From: Podarcis gaigeae
Taxonomy: Eukaryota
Strand: one strand, 5' to 3'
DNA: 64,000 bases
NCBI GenBank assembly: GCA_964106915.2
Contig: OZ066917.1
Part shown: positions 25,236 through 38,800 of the stretch, piece after piece
Numbering within the stretch: the first letter of the stretch is position 1
Layout: each line of letters begins with the position of its first letter
Position numbers and translations under genes: made by a program
Notes under the pieces: model-generated
Database searches by the model: none
The model's input: only the letters and a program-made list of their open reading frames with translations
What the model was told of the DNA's origin: nothing

Positions 25236-25664
25236 ACACCCCAACTTTTACACGGGAAGACACCCGAGGACACCAAAACCTGCATATATATATATATATA
25301 TATATATATCAGCATGAGAAGGACATAAATATCCAATGGGAGATTAACAGATTAAAGGCACCCTCCTAAGACTAAAGAGGAAGAAAACTATTTTGAGAAG
25401 GAGTTTTACAATCTCTACAGCAGCACGTTAATGGAAGAGTGAAATATATTTCCCTTACATTTTTTCATATATTGTTTAATAATACACAAGCATAAAAATG
25501 CAATAGCAAGAAGCAGAGCAATAACCCCACTTTTGCAAGATGTGCAGTATGTCTGAAATACGTTTTGTATCTTTTAATATCTGTGGGTTTGTTTTGTTCA
25601 TTTTTACTCTTTCTTGTTAGGGTTCGCAAAGAGCCATCAGAGTTGATGGGATCTGACGGTTACA

Positions 25665-26343
25665 ATGGAGGCAACATCAAACGCAACCACAGAAAACTCT
25701 GATCTTGTGAAGGGAGCTCATCTAGAGACAGATGATTGGTTGGCTTCTCCGGGAACTATCAGCGATGCTGAAGATGAAGCTACTGCGAGGGAGAACATTC
25801 ACACTGACACTGAAAAAGAACCAGTAATGAAAGAGCCACTTGTGCTGATAACAGATTGGGATCCACGGGGTTTACCTAGCCAGGAGGAAGAATCATTGAG
25901 ACGCTCCCGGTATAGGTTAGGAGGCTCTGCTGATAGCATATTATCTTTAACTTCTTCCCATTCTCTCCTACCTCTTGAATGGAAAATTTTGAGATCTAGT
26001 CAATCAGAGAGCACACTGGCACATTTTTCTGATGCCACTCTGGAAAACACAGGAGGACGACATAAAGATTCATCAGACAATAACCAAGATGTTGTGGATG
26101 ATATAATTGGAGATGAAGTTGCTTTCAAAGTATGTACTCGTATGCTCAACCATAGTTTAGGTGCTGCTTACACTGCAGATTCCAGGACAGCCTTTCCCAT
26201 AATACACAATGGATCACCCAGCCCTAAAGATGCAAACTACTCAAAGAAAACTTCAGATAGCTCACAGTGCAAACATATACTGCACCCAAGAACAGAAAAG
26301 TTTCCAGATGTTGGAATGCAAGTTAATCAAGCACATAACTCAG
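25665..26343 (+). CDS. CAP-Gly gene coding exon 1 (acidic/Ser-rich; acceptor at 25620/25621)
   Basis: ttcttgttag| acceptor; 228-aa ORF MEATSNATTENS..QAHNS; donor CAG|gtaact. Confidence 0.7.
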
Positions 26344-29300
26344 GTAACTAGGACAATCATGGGTGTGTGGTGGTTGTGACCTGGCACGGTGGCTCCTTCA
26401 CACACATCCCATCCACCTAGCTGCCATGGTGCATTCTGGGGTCCCACCAGACCCAGATTTGAATTCTGAACCAATCTGCATTGGCTTGGGTGGGGGGACA
26501 GGGAGCAGACCTTGCTGCCATAGTCTCCACTCAGGTCTGCTCCCAGAACATTTAAGCAGGCCAGCTCATAACTTAGGTAACTAGGACAATTAACTAGGTT
26601 CTTTGAATGAATGAATGAATGAATGAATGAATGAATGATTCAGTCAGTCATGTAATGTTCTTCACATGTCCTTTTTCAGCAGCTGATAGAAAAGATTCAA
26701 GTTTGACTGACCAGCTTTGGACAGCTGCTGCATCAGCAAATAACTTACATAATATTGCCATGTCAAATGGTTGGGAAGGCAATTCTTATCATCACAAGGT
26801 ATTAAAAAATATATTTTCTTTAGTGTCATATGAATTCAAATGTTTCGTATGTTTCTGGACTTTATGCGTATTAACTCCTAAGCACGTAAGAGTCCTGTCA
26901 AATCATGCCAAATATCCATCATAGCATCCAGTTTTCATAATGGCGAACCAGATGCCCATGGGAAAGATGTCCCAAGAGCACTCTCCCCATGGGTGATTCC
27001 CAGCAACTGGTATTCAGAGTCAGATTGCTTCCAATTGTGGAGGAAGAAACATAGCCATCATGGCAAGTAGCCTTTGACAGCCTTATCACCCATTCATCTG
27101 TTCCCTTTTAAAGCAACTCACGTTGTTGGCCATCATTACCTCTCTTGTGGGAGTGAATTCGACAGTTTAACTATGTTATATTCCAACATTCACCTTCGTG
27201 GGATAAACTTGGAACATGAAGGTTTGGATATGGTGGTTCAGCTTCTTTACTAATCATTAGTATCCAAACTACCGTATATATACGTGGAAAGGGCTCGTCC
27301 TTGTAACCTTGGTAGTGCAAGACATTCATAATAAAAAAACCGACAGCGGCAATCGGGAAAGAAGGCATAAAGTTCCTGGCATATGAAATGAAAAAACAAA
27401 AAATATCTCCCTCCAAAAAAAAAAAAAACTCCAGAGAGGTGAAATTTAAAAAAATAGAATATACTTCCTTTTCTTAAGATGTGTGTTTGGGAGGATCGAT
27501 TGTGAACTAGTACTTTATTTGAAAATGATAGGTTTGCTTCTAGTTTGCCTGGCCCAAATACATCTCATATACCACAGTTCAATAAGCAATGTGTGAGGAT
27601 AGTATGTTTTGGTTAATGACAATTCAGCCTGTAATTAGCAGCCCCAGCTATTGCATGATATGGTTGATTTATACCCGCCTTCTAGGTATCTGCAGATAGT
27701 TCAAGTCTTTAAAAAGAAATCCATGGAAACCCATAAAATATGGCATAAAATGAGGAAAATATTTGTAAATGTTACTATGATTGTTTATATGTGATAGTTT
27801 TGATTACATGCAGACAGGAAGGGTCACAAAAGATTTTTTTGAAGTCTGAATGGTATATGTAAAACTTCCAAAAAGCAGCACTGGTGATGGTAGCGGGGAG
27901 AAGGAAGAAATTCCAGGTGTTTGAACATCTTTCTACAAGCTCCAGTTCTTCCTCCTTTTTTCCATTGTTTTCTTTGCATTGGACACGCTAAACTAGGCTG
28001 CTGCAGCAGCAGCTGCTCAAGCTGTGCCTCTTGACAATAGCCTTGCCTTCTGGCCTGATGATGGTTAGATTCTCAACACAAAAGCTCTTTTCTGATGTAA
28101 ATAGAGGGCAGTGACATTACACAAGGATTGTTGGGGATGCTGGATGTGGAATCATGAAAGCCGGCCAACCAGACAAAACTGCAAAGGTAAAATGGTAAAG
28201 TGCTGTTAAATTAAGGTTTTGGTTTTTTTTATAAAATATGAATAGAGCCGTCATCAAGCACTAAACAAAAGCTAATGCTTCATGGTAGCACCATATTTAA
28301 AATAACCCTTTCTCTGTGATAAAACATTTCAGTCAATGTCTGAAGCACAAAATATATGCTCATGCTTTTGTGAAGAATCCAAATCTTCCAAATCATGATT
28401 ATCTGCCACTACCGTCATTTTCTTTTTTAAGAAACTAAAGTATTTTTTGCTGGTTTCAACGATGCAAGATTTAGGAGCTCTTAGTATAATGCAGACTTCA
28501 TGGATTTTTGTCTGAATGTATATAACTGTTTGGTGTTTTCAAGATTTTGCATTTCTCTGCTCTTTTTCTCATTTTGAGCACACTTACATTGTAGCACTCT
28601 GAATTTTCCCCAATGATACTTTTATGTTGCATTTGTTTATTATGTTCACTAAGTTTTTACTGAACCCTACAACCACTGCAGTTTCTTTATCTTCAAAAGA
28701 TTAATATATATGGATATCAGCAAACTGAGGGGTATAAAGCAAGCTTTATATGGATATAAGTGAGAAGCGTATCCTTTGTTATGGTTTTAACAATCCACAA
28801 TCCACTTGTGTTTCATTTACAGTAACATGTCAAATCACAAACTTTTTCTCAGCAGTGAAGGTACCATCTAAGTTTAAATGTATATTCTTATTCAGTTTTG
28901 TGCTGTTTATACGATAAGAAGCTTTAACCATTCATATATTTGAGATATTCAATATTCATATTCAGATGGTAAAAAAAACATGTTTTTCTTTAAGGATTGT
29001 TGGAAATAACAAGGTTGAAGTTCTTAGTCTTTAGAGTGCCACAAGACAGGGCTAAACTTCTGAAGTTTGAATCTAGTATATGAACACCTGACTTGCTTCT
29101 TTGAACCATTTACGTTGCATAGATATGGCTTAGAGTTGTCATAATTTTATAATCTTTGTGGGGGTTTTGTATTGTGTTAACTATAAGCTGCTTAATGGAC
29201 CTGGACCACAGAGGACCTGAAAAGTATCCTATCAATTCAGTAGTAGTAAAAATAATAATGTACAAATGCAATCTTTGTATACTGTATAAATGCACAGGTT

Positions 29301-32300
29301 TGTTTGTTTTTTAAACAAAAGAGCTTTATTCTTAATACATGGAAAACAGCACACGTCACAATATACAGCACCATGCAACAGTTCTCATTACACAGCACAA
29401 ATTAAATTAAACACTTGAAATTTCTTCTTGACTCCCCCCCCCCTTTTTTTGTTAGTCAACAAAGAAAGGAAGGTCTCCTGCAATGTCAGAGTTTCTGCTG
29501 AAATCTCCAGATGAGAACAAACAGGAATTTCATCAACCCATGAAGAACGTGCAGGCTAAACGTCAAGTATTGTTGAATGGACAGAGTCCACACGCAGATG
29601 GCAAACTTTACGGGAAGGTGAATGATTTGCATCTATAGTTTCTTTCATTATAAGAACGTAAGAAGAGCCTGCTGGATCAGGCCAATGGCATCCTATTCTC
29701 AAAGCAGCCATCTGAATGCCTGTGGGAAAGCCCCAAACATGACTGGAGCACAAGCACCCTCTCCCATCCTGGGGCTTCCAGCAACTGGTATTCAAAAGCA
29801 TTACTGCCTCCTATGGTGGAGGCAAAGCATAGCCATCATGGCTTGTAGCCACTGATAGCCTTATCTGTCTAATCCCCTTTTAAAACTATCCAGCTTCATG
29901 GCCTATTGTTTATATGCACTGAGTGAAGAGGTACTGTCCTGAATCTTCACTGAATCCAGCTTCATTGAATCTCCATGAGTTCTAGCGTATAAGTGCGGGA
30001 GAAAGACCTCTCTCTATCCACTTTTTCCATGCCACGTGTAATTTTGTAAACATCTATCATGGCACCTCTTTCTCCCCTTTCAGGACCTTTTCCAACTTGG
30101 CAATATCCTTTTTGAGTACCAGAATATTCCAAATGTGGTCACACCACAGATCAGTAGACCAGCATTCTGATACCAGCAGTTTTATTTTCCATTCCTTTTC
30201 TACACACACCAGGTCAACATCTTCATCAACTGAAACACTTGCACTTTGCTGTTATCCTTAGTTCTGGCATACTGTGAAATTCGAAAACGAATAGAGAATG
30301 TTCTTAAATAGGCATATGACAGCTGCAGGAGTGAAGCTACAATTAACTCACCAGCAAAACTATCCAAAAGAAGTGGGGGCACGGGAAATAAAAACTGTGT
30401 AATTCCCCATTCCTTTGCTTCCTCCCTCCATAGTATACAGTGTACTTAAAGAACAACTGATTTAATAGATTAATGAAGCGGTTGTGTACTTGCGTGATTT
30501 GACTTCTGAACAGGGGAGTGGCAAGTCAAGTGAACTGAAATGCTTCCGAAATAGATAATCTTGATTGTACACTAAACAGATGGCAATGCCAGGAACTCAA
30601 GAGATAAAAATAGTCCAATGAGTGAGTTGCTGCAGACTCTTAGTCAGGGCTGTAAGCACAAGTTTATAGGAGCTTATCACACAGAAACTTTAAGAACAGA
30701 ACGGTAAAAAGAAAACATATAGAGGAGAGAAATCACTTTTTTGTATTAACACATATGCCACCGCATAGCCAGTAATGAAAAAAAGAAAAGAAATCAGAGC
30801 AACAAAAGTCAAAGCTATTTGGATAGCTTTTGTTTATTTTTGGTGTGGTATGCTATCTCTTAGATTCATTACTGGATAAAACCTGTGGTTTTTCCATACC
30901 CATCCAATACCCATACCCACACCAAAAATAAACAAAAGCTATCCAAATAAATACTTGAACTCTCAAAATATAACAATGACAATTTTTATAAGTATGGGAA
31001 TGCCAGTATGCAAAGTAAATTTGTGGAAAAAATAAAAGCTTAATAATATCAAACATAAGATACAAGATTTTCTTCCTAAATTACAAAGAAGGCTCAGTCA
31101 AAAGTGAACATAGAGAACTTATTTCATATTCATTGATAGGATGAGGAATACTATAAGCAAGAATGTAAAAAATGCATTGTACAGTATTCAAATATCTTGT
31201 TATTTCCTTTGTTCTTAGAGGTTGTCCCAATTTTGCTGCTGTTGCAAACTCCCAGATTTTATCAATCCAATCATTTATTGTTAGTGCCTCCACTTGTTTG
31301 CATCATTCATATATGTGTGTGTATCTCACACACACAGATGGATATAAGTATGTGTGACTTTATATAGATATATTGTAAGACATCAATTTAGAAAACTCAG
31401 AAGTAAGGGGAAAGCACATATTAAGAATTCAGAATTCACATATTCAGAATTACAAATAGAATGCCATATTTTTATCTTCTCCGTGTAATAAAACATGTGG
31501 TTTTTGAAACTGGAATGTTTCAAATGAACAAACTAATGCAATTTATTTTTTTTTAAGGAGATAGAATTTCTTAATGAAGAGCTGTCAACTTGTAGCCTGC
31601 CAAAATTTGAATGCAACTCTCCCGGAATTCTACAGCAACAGATTGGTATGAAGTCATGTAGGCTTGTTAATTTCATCATTCAACATTCAGTGCCTTTATT
31701 TTAATTTCCATTTGAATGTGTGCTAATTGGTTTTTATATGCATCAGTCCACATGATGATCCACATTTACTAATTTCTGTGAAAGTTCAAATAGCATTTTA
31801 GAAAAACCTTGAAACCATGTTCTATTCCTTCTAAGTATTATAGGATGAGTGTTCAGGTTATCGGCACCACTACAATCCCACAACTATTGGTTAACACTGG
31901 CTACAAACAGCCAACACTATGGCAATAAATTTAAGCATCAGCTTAATGCATTATTTCCCCTTTCCCCGCTAAAATCTCTAAATGCACTCAAGTAAACAAA
32001 CTTTCCACCCCAAACCATTTCAAGCTGTACAATTTCCCCCAAAAACTTTACTCAAAGTCAAAGTCATAGAATTGCAGAGTTGGAGGGGACACTGAGGGTC
32101 ATCTGGTTCGACCCCTGCAGTGCATGAGTCTTTTGTGCAAAGTGCGTATCCTATGCCTCTACTAGGCACCATTCAATCAAGGCTGTATTTTTATGCACAC
32201 TTTTAATTCATTCTGAGAAACAAGTGTAGTCCTGGGAGGCAAGCTAAGTATTTTGAAGTCCCTTTTATTTCAGTAGGAGAGTTGCAATCCTATGCACTAC

Positions 32301-34197
32301 TGAGAAATAAGCTCAGTGAGACTTACTCCCCAGGTAAGTGTATCTTGCATTAAAGTCTTAAGCACAATAGGCCTTAAATGTGACTAGACGATGCATACTG
32401 AATATTTTTGCATATTGATACACAGTAAACCTTAAAAGCCAGATCACCGATCTTCAAGAAGCCAATGAGACTGCGGTCTTAGAGCTAGCAAAAGCAGATG
32501 AGGAGATTTCACAACTGAAGAATGAAATGGCTCAATTAAAATCTGACTATATGCAGAAGTTAGCAGACTCTAAAGAAGAAAATCTTAATCTGAAGAAAAT
32601 GGTAAGAGGTCTGAGACAATCCTTTATTATAATATACTTTAATTTTAAACCTGTGTTTTTCTTTAAGTGGGGTAGAAGACAGGTAATATATATTTAATCA
32701 TGTATCAAACAGTAACCAAAGCTATAATTAGTCAACGGGTGATATTCATTTGTTTTATGCCTACAACTGTGAGCTTAAACATTCTTAGTATGTATTTGTC
32801 TCCTAAATGTTTTATAAAATAATTGCATATTTTACACATTCACTGCTAAACAATGCTGTAAAGAATGATAAACTCACTGCATGCAGAAAAAGTACCACAG
32901 AAGAGAAAGAGTTCTGGCCTTTTTACTTGCATGTTTGGTTTGTTTGTTTATTAAATTCGTTGTTCACTTACTTTGCCACGGCAACTCTAAGCGACGTGCA
33001 ATATTTTATGTGACTTAGAATTTATTTTTACATGGGAAATTCAAACATAAGAACCTGTCCTGCAGTCTGCATTGGCACAGGACCAGGTAGGGTGCATTCT
33101 GCAATTTCTCTGCACATGAATATAATCCATTAGGCAAAACTTTAAGCAACCTGGGAATTACAGCAGTTCAGAAGTGATCAGTTATGCTTTAAACAATTGA
33201 TTTCTTATATGTTGATTTCTACTCTTTATTGCTTTCCTCCTTCATGATCAAGAATCAAAACACAGTTTAAACTAATTCTTCCCCCTCTAAAGATCAATAG
33301 GATGCACAGCAGACATGATCCAGTAGACACTTATGAGCAGACCTTGCATGAAGAGATTTGTGAGCTAAGAGCTGAGTCCAGGAGACTGAGGGAAATCGGC
33401 CACCAGCTGAATGAGGAAAACCACAGGATGAAAGAAGAGCTATGGGATGTAAAGAGGAAATATGAATGGCTCGTGCATACAGTTCCTGGCAAACAGGATG
33501 GTAAAGGAACCACCATTATGGTATATTGCTTGGGTTCTTACGATGATCAGTAAACAGCCCAGTATGTTGCTCCAGCAAAGATAGGAGGCCACATCTTATT
33601 AACAACATTAACACCAGTTACTTTTGAGCAATGACTTTATAGCAGAGCTTCATGGCAGTAGCATAGCATGGGCAGGCACAGGGGCAGTTGTCCCAGGTGC
33701 ATAATTGTTAGGGGCACAAAATTTCAGCACCTCAATACAGCTGCCTCAATTCACAGTTCCATCACTGGGCTCTGGTGAAAATGGCTCCTCTGTGCAAACT
33801 AGGAAGTGACCTCTGCAGACAATGGAACAACTCTTCTTGTCTCTGCAGCTATGATCTTCTGGGCGATGCAGATACCATTAGGCAGTTGAATGTGCATGCA
33901 TACTCTGTCCGTTTCCCTCACTCCCACCCCCTCTCTGTGTGGCCCTGGGCGCTGGCAACTCATGCTACACCACTGCTCATTAGCCCATTCTTCTGCATGG
34001 GTTCATCATGTGTCCACTGCAATGTAACTAATACAGGAGGAAGACTGACTATAACAGGCCCCTATCCATCACTATTGTGCACTGGCTGATGTATAAAAAA
34101 TAGTTGCTACTCGCCATGCAATCAGATAGACCTGGTCCTGGGGTTTCTTAAAAGGATAAAGTGCATTTAACAGGTTTTCAATAATAATAATAATAAT

Positions 34198-34229
<32 letters not shown>

Positions 34230-35829
34230 CTGAAGATATAGTGACAATGAACTTGATTTCAACCACCAACTTCAGTATGAATCCTATCATGGAGAGAAAG
34301 GTCTGAGATATACATCACCTCATCATTCTGGGTTGCCTCTGTGTTTGTGCCCAAAATGACTGTTTTCATTTTAAAAGATCTTGTCTCTAGTCATTAGTTA
34401 CATCTTTATACCCTCAACAATTATCCCAAGTATTTTATAAATTATCCAAGGCAAAGCTATAACATTAACACCAATACTACCACAGTGAAATTCACCAAAA
34501 CAAATCTTTATTGGAATTCGAAATGCCAGAAGAGGTATTTGTTTATTAACTGTAAAGGTGATTAACCCTCAACAGGTAATTAATACTGTCAGAGTTGATG
34601 GTTAGCAAAAAGAGATCAAGCACTACAGAAAAGGGAATTCAACTTTCTACTGCGGTCACAGCAATACTGAATCATGGCAAATAGCTATAAAATAGCTTTC
34701 TTAAAACTAAAAGTGCTTGAAGATCAGTGCAACTAGCAGCAGTTTGTATATTTATTTTACATTAAGTTCTTCCAATGAGTATCTAATGTTACTCATTTGA
34801 TTACATTTTATTTTAAATGTGGCATCTGTGATAAGTAGGACAATTCTGTTCCCAGCTATACTAAAGCCAAAGTGTATTTCTCACATCTTAATTTAAAATA
34901 CTAATAATAAAGCAGGAAGTTGCTCTTTCAGAAGACATTCAACCAACAAACGGAAAAGACATTTCACTTTTTGAAAATACATCATTTTAATAATTAAAGC
35001 ATCAGTGCTTAATAAAAAATAGTTTAGTTTTAATAGACTGCATCAACAGTGATTTAAAAAGATTGACTGAGTGAAATATTATTGCTTTATAATATATAAA
35101 ACATCTAAGCAGAATTTGATAATAAGCAAGGCTTTTATTTTTATCTAGAAAAGATACAAGAACATTCTAGGAAAAATGCTTCTTCCCCATCCTCCATAAA
35201 TAGTGAATCTACAGAATTTCTGATTTCTGGATACTGTGACACAGGGCTAGCAAAAGAAAACAGAGACTTAAAAGGTATGGTAATTAAAATATGCAATTGC
35301 ACATCTTCTCATTTTGCCTTGTTAGCACAGAAAAGAATAAAAAAGTATACTCCATGTTCCCATGAATCTTCATATGGAAAGAAAAATCACTTAATTGGTT
35401 TTCTGTTTTCAGCTTTCTTTTTATGCAGTCAGTGAAAAGTAAGATCTATTTGGCTGCTTAGAGTTGTGAAATACTTCCTCCAAACATTCCTTGCTTTGGA
35501 TATTATTCATTATTCTTTATGGCCTTTCCACACAAAACATGCCAGATTTCAGTGGACCCAAAATATAGGAAAAATTCTGAGCTTGGGTGTTATCGCTTTT
35601 AGTAATGCATCTGCATGCTTTGCTGGATTGGGATAAATTAAGAACCTCAAAAGTGTAGACTCCCTGCATTCGTCCAATATGGGGGAAAGGAACATTGGTC
35701 AACATACTGTTTTCAGTACTGGCAAAACAGCCACAAAATGTGATGGCTATGTAAGGATTTTACATTATCATAAAGGCATTCAGACAGACAACTGAAGAAA
35801 AGACTAACCTTGGAGCTGGGAGTCCAATT

Positions 35830-35890
<61 letters not shown>

Positions 35891-38800
35891 TATATACTGC
35901 CATATACCTGCAGGAATATAAAACCATAAAGTACATAATCAAAATAAAAAAACAACCCAGTAACACACACACACCATATTTGTAAAAGGGCATAGGATGT
36001 CAATCAAATGAACCAAAGGCCTGGTTAAAGAGGAATGTTTTTGCCTGGCGCCTAAAGTTGTATAATGAAGGCACCAGGCAAACTTCGCTGGGGAGAGCAT
36101 TTCACTGATGGGAAGCCACTGCAGAGAAGGCACGTTCTTGTGTTGCCACCCTCTGGACCTGTTGTGGAGGAGGCACGAAGAAGGGCCTCAGAAGATTATC
36201 TCAGGGTTATCTTATCTGACCATTCTTATCTTATCTATTCTTATCTAACCAATAGATTTAACTATTATTTTCATCCTTGGAGTTGTCACAATATATCTGT
36301 AGTGGTATATCTTATTATTTGAACAAATGTGCTTTTGGCAACTCCATATCATTTTTCCAAGAGCACAGAAATAACCAGGAAAGTCAAACCTTTAGCCCCG
36401 GGAGTTTATCAGGGCCTTCAAGAATCCCCAATACGTCCAGTGACATCTCCAGGGCTATGAAGCAGACTAGCCAATGACTGAGGCCACATCAGTGTCTCTT
36501 CCTTTGTCCCCTTTCAAATTAGCGATATGGGTTCAAGAAGTGTGGCAAGTAAAGAGACGTTTGATCAAACTGAGTGCACTGGAGCAGGCTATGCAAATTA
36601 CAGTGTTCTAGCATTTTTTGTAAAAAACAACAACCAAACAAACCATGGATTGATGCACTTTAATGGTTTCCAAGATAAATATCTAGAATTTTACAACTTA
36701 AGTATCTGAGGTGAGATAAGGTTTTTTAGTTTTTTGCACACAAAATTATAGAATATTCCCTGAGCATATGTTGGTAGGGAACTGGTTCCACATTACCTAT
36801 TTGAGTTGGGCATCCTTGAACAAAACCTTGCAACTAGATTTGACCCAAATTTTTGAGCAGCTTTTTAATGTTTTTTTAATCATATTTCGTAAACCTTTTA
36901 TTGGCATCACATACAACATCCAAAACAAATCAATGCAGAATTACCACTTCCCCAGTGGCACAAACATTTGCTAAAAGAAAGGAGGCAGAGCAGTCTATCG
37001 TCACATCTCTTGGTCTCCAGGGAGATCAGACGTCTGCAGTGTAATTTTTTTTTTTTTAATCAAGATGATGCATCTGAAGAAGTAACAGAGGCGAGCAGCA
37101 GCAACTTTCCTTGCATTACTCAACACAATCAAACAAGTCATGAGAACTATGATCAAAACATCTCAAGTTCATCTTCGAGTGGTGTCTCTCAAGTGGACAC
37201 TTGCAATAAATATTATCCAAACAGGTAAGAATTGAATGGACATGAATATGATTGTGTTGTAAATGTAGTTTTCTGCTGTAGAGAAAAAGGTTGAGACCCC
37301 ACAATGTGTAGTACTGCCAACTTAATGAATGCAAAGAGGTCAAGTAACTCTTCAGCAACAGTCTAGCTAAAGCAGGAAAGCACAGAAACATGTCTGCTGG
37401 GCTTGAGCTCATCACAAAATCAAGGACTATCTTTCCCCTTTGCTCTGATTATGTATAGATGTCAGCCAGCACATTAGATGAGATCAGTCATGATATGTGC
37501 GCTCCAAGATGCGACAGCTAGGATTGTTTCAATTTATGGCTATAATGCTAGGCTCACTTCAGAAAGATAGGGCTGTGAGAACTATGTGGAACTGAATGAG
37601 TGGCAGGTGTTGGATTGACAACTGTGGGCACACTGATTGCTCCAGCAAAACCACTGAATAGAAGGGGAAGCAGTAGCATAGGGAGTCCCTTAATGCTAAG
37701 TAAGCCAAAACCAAGATAGGCACTAAAACATACCTAAATCTCAATCCAAGCCTACTGCATGATGGTTTTAACATTACAAATGACAGGAAAAGATCACCAC
37801 CAAAAATTCTCTTTAGCACAGGGGAGGGGGACCCCTAACCCTTCTGGACTCTCCCTAGGTCACACACCTCACCAGCCCTACTCCACGCCCTCTGAGTAAT
37901 TCTGCTGGAGTAGAATGTGCCCTTGAGTTGTTCTAATGCCCCTTGCTTGCCTGCTTGGTGCAATAGAGAGGGGCCTGTGCATGCAGAAGCCTTTGGCTTT
38001 GTGTGTTTGGAATGTGTCACATTTTATAAAGCATTGTTTCCATTGCTGCACCCACTTTTTTCTTTGGACCTAACACCATGTGAATGCTGGCTTTGAAAAG
38101 TTGGCCATGAGGGAATATGGCCCTTTATTTCTGCAATTTCCACATGAAAAATACAAAGCTACGTACAGTAAAAAACTATTTCATTTCTATCCCTCTCTTC
38201 ATTAAACCTGGTGATCCTATGGCAATACCGTAGAATAAAAGCATTTAAAAACAATGACCAATATTCTATTTCTTGTCCAATATTCTGTCTGACCAGGACC
38301 CTTCCATGACCCACATACAGCGGGTAGCATTTTAGATCTGTGCCTCCTCCTTTGCCTTTCTTATTTGTCCTGCAGTGTTGTTAAAAAGACCTTCTATAAT
38401 GCTATTAAAGAGAGGCATGGACAAACCTAAATCCAAATCTTCCACAAATACTGCAGTGATTCCCTAATCCTTTACAAGGATAATAATGAATTCCTTGCTT
38501 TCCTAGAGACAAATGAAGCAGCTTGTCCTCAGTCTCTTTCATTTATCATTACCGTTTAAAACACAGAGTAAGTTTTGCCAAGAAAGGAGTTTGATTTTGT
38601 TAAAATGTGTACAGCAGCTACCACTGGTTGAAGGTGAAAGAACCTGCTGCATAAAAGATTTTTCTTGCAACTTCCCTGTAACATCAGAGCTGTGGCTTAC
38701 ATCAGAATAGCAGGGCTGTGTCTTGTTTCTTCTGCAGTCCAAATAGCAGCCAGCTGTCCCCTAATTTTGTGCATGAAAATTCCCACATGTTGTTAGAATA

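Larger units (their letters stand above)
24828..25285. mobile_element. Penelope-like element remnant: inverted pseudo-LTRs forming a 430-bp palindrome, inserted in a (TA)n tract
   Basis: Arms 24856-25065 and 25076-25285 (210 bp, one mismatch), 10-nt spacer, 28-nt one-sided tail extension at 24828-24855, (TA)n on both sides, hammerhead core in each arm. Confidence 0.8.
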
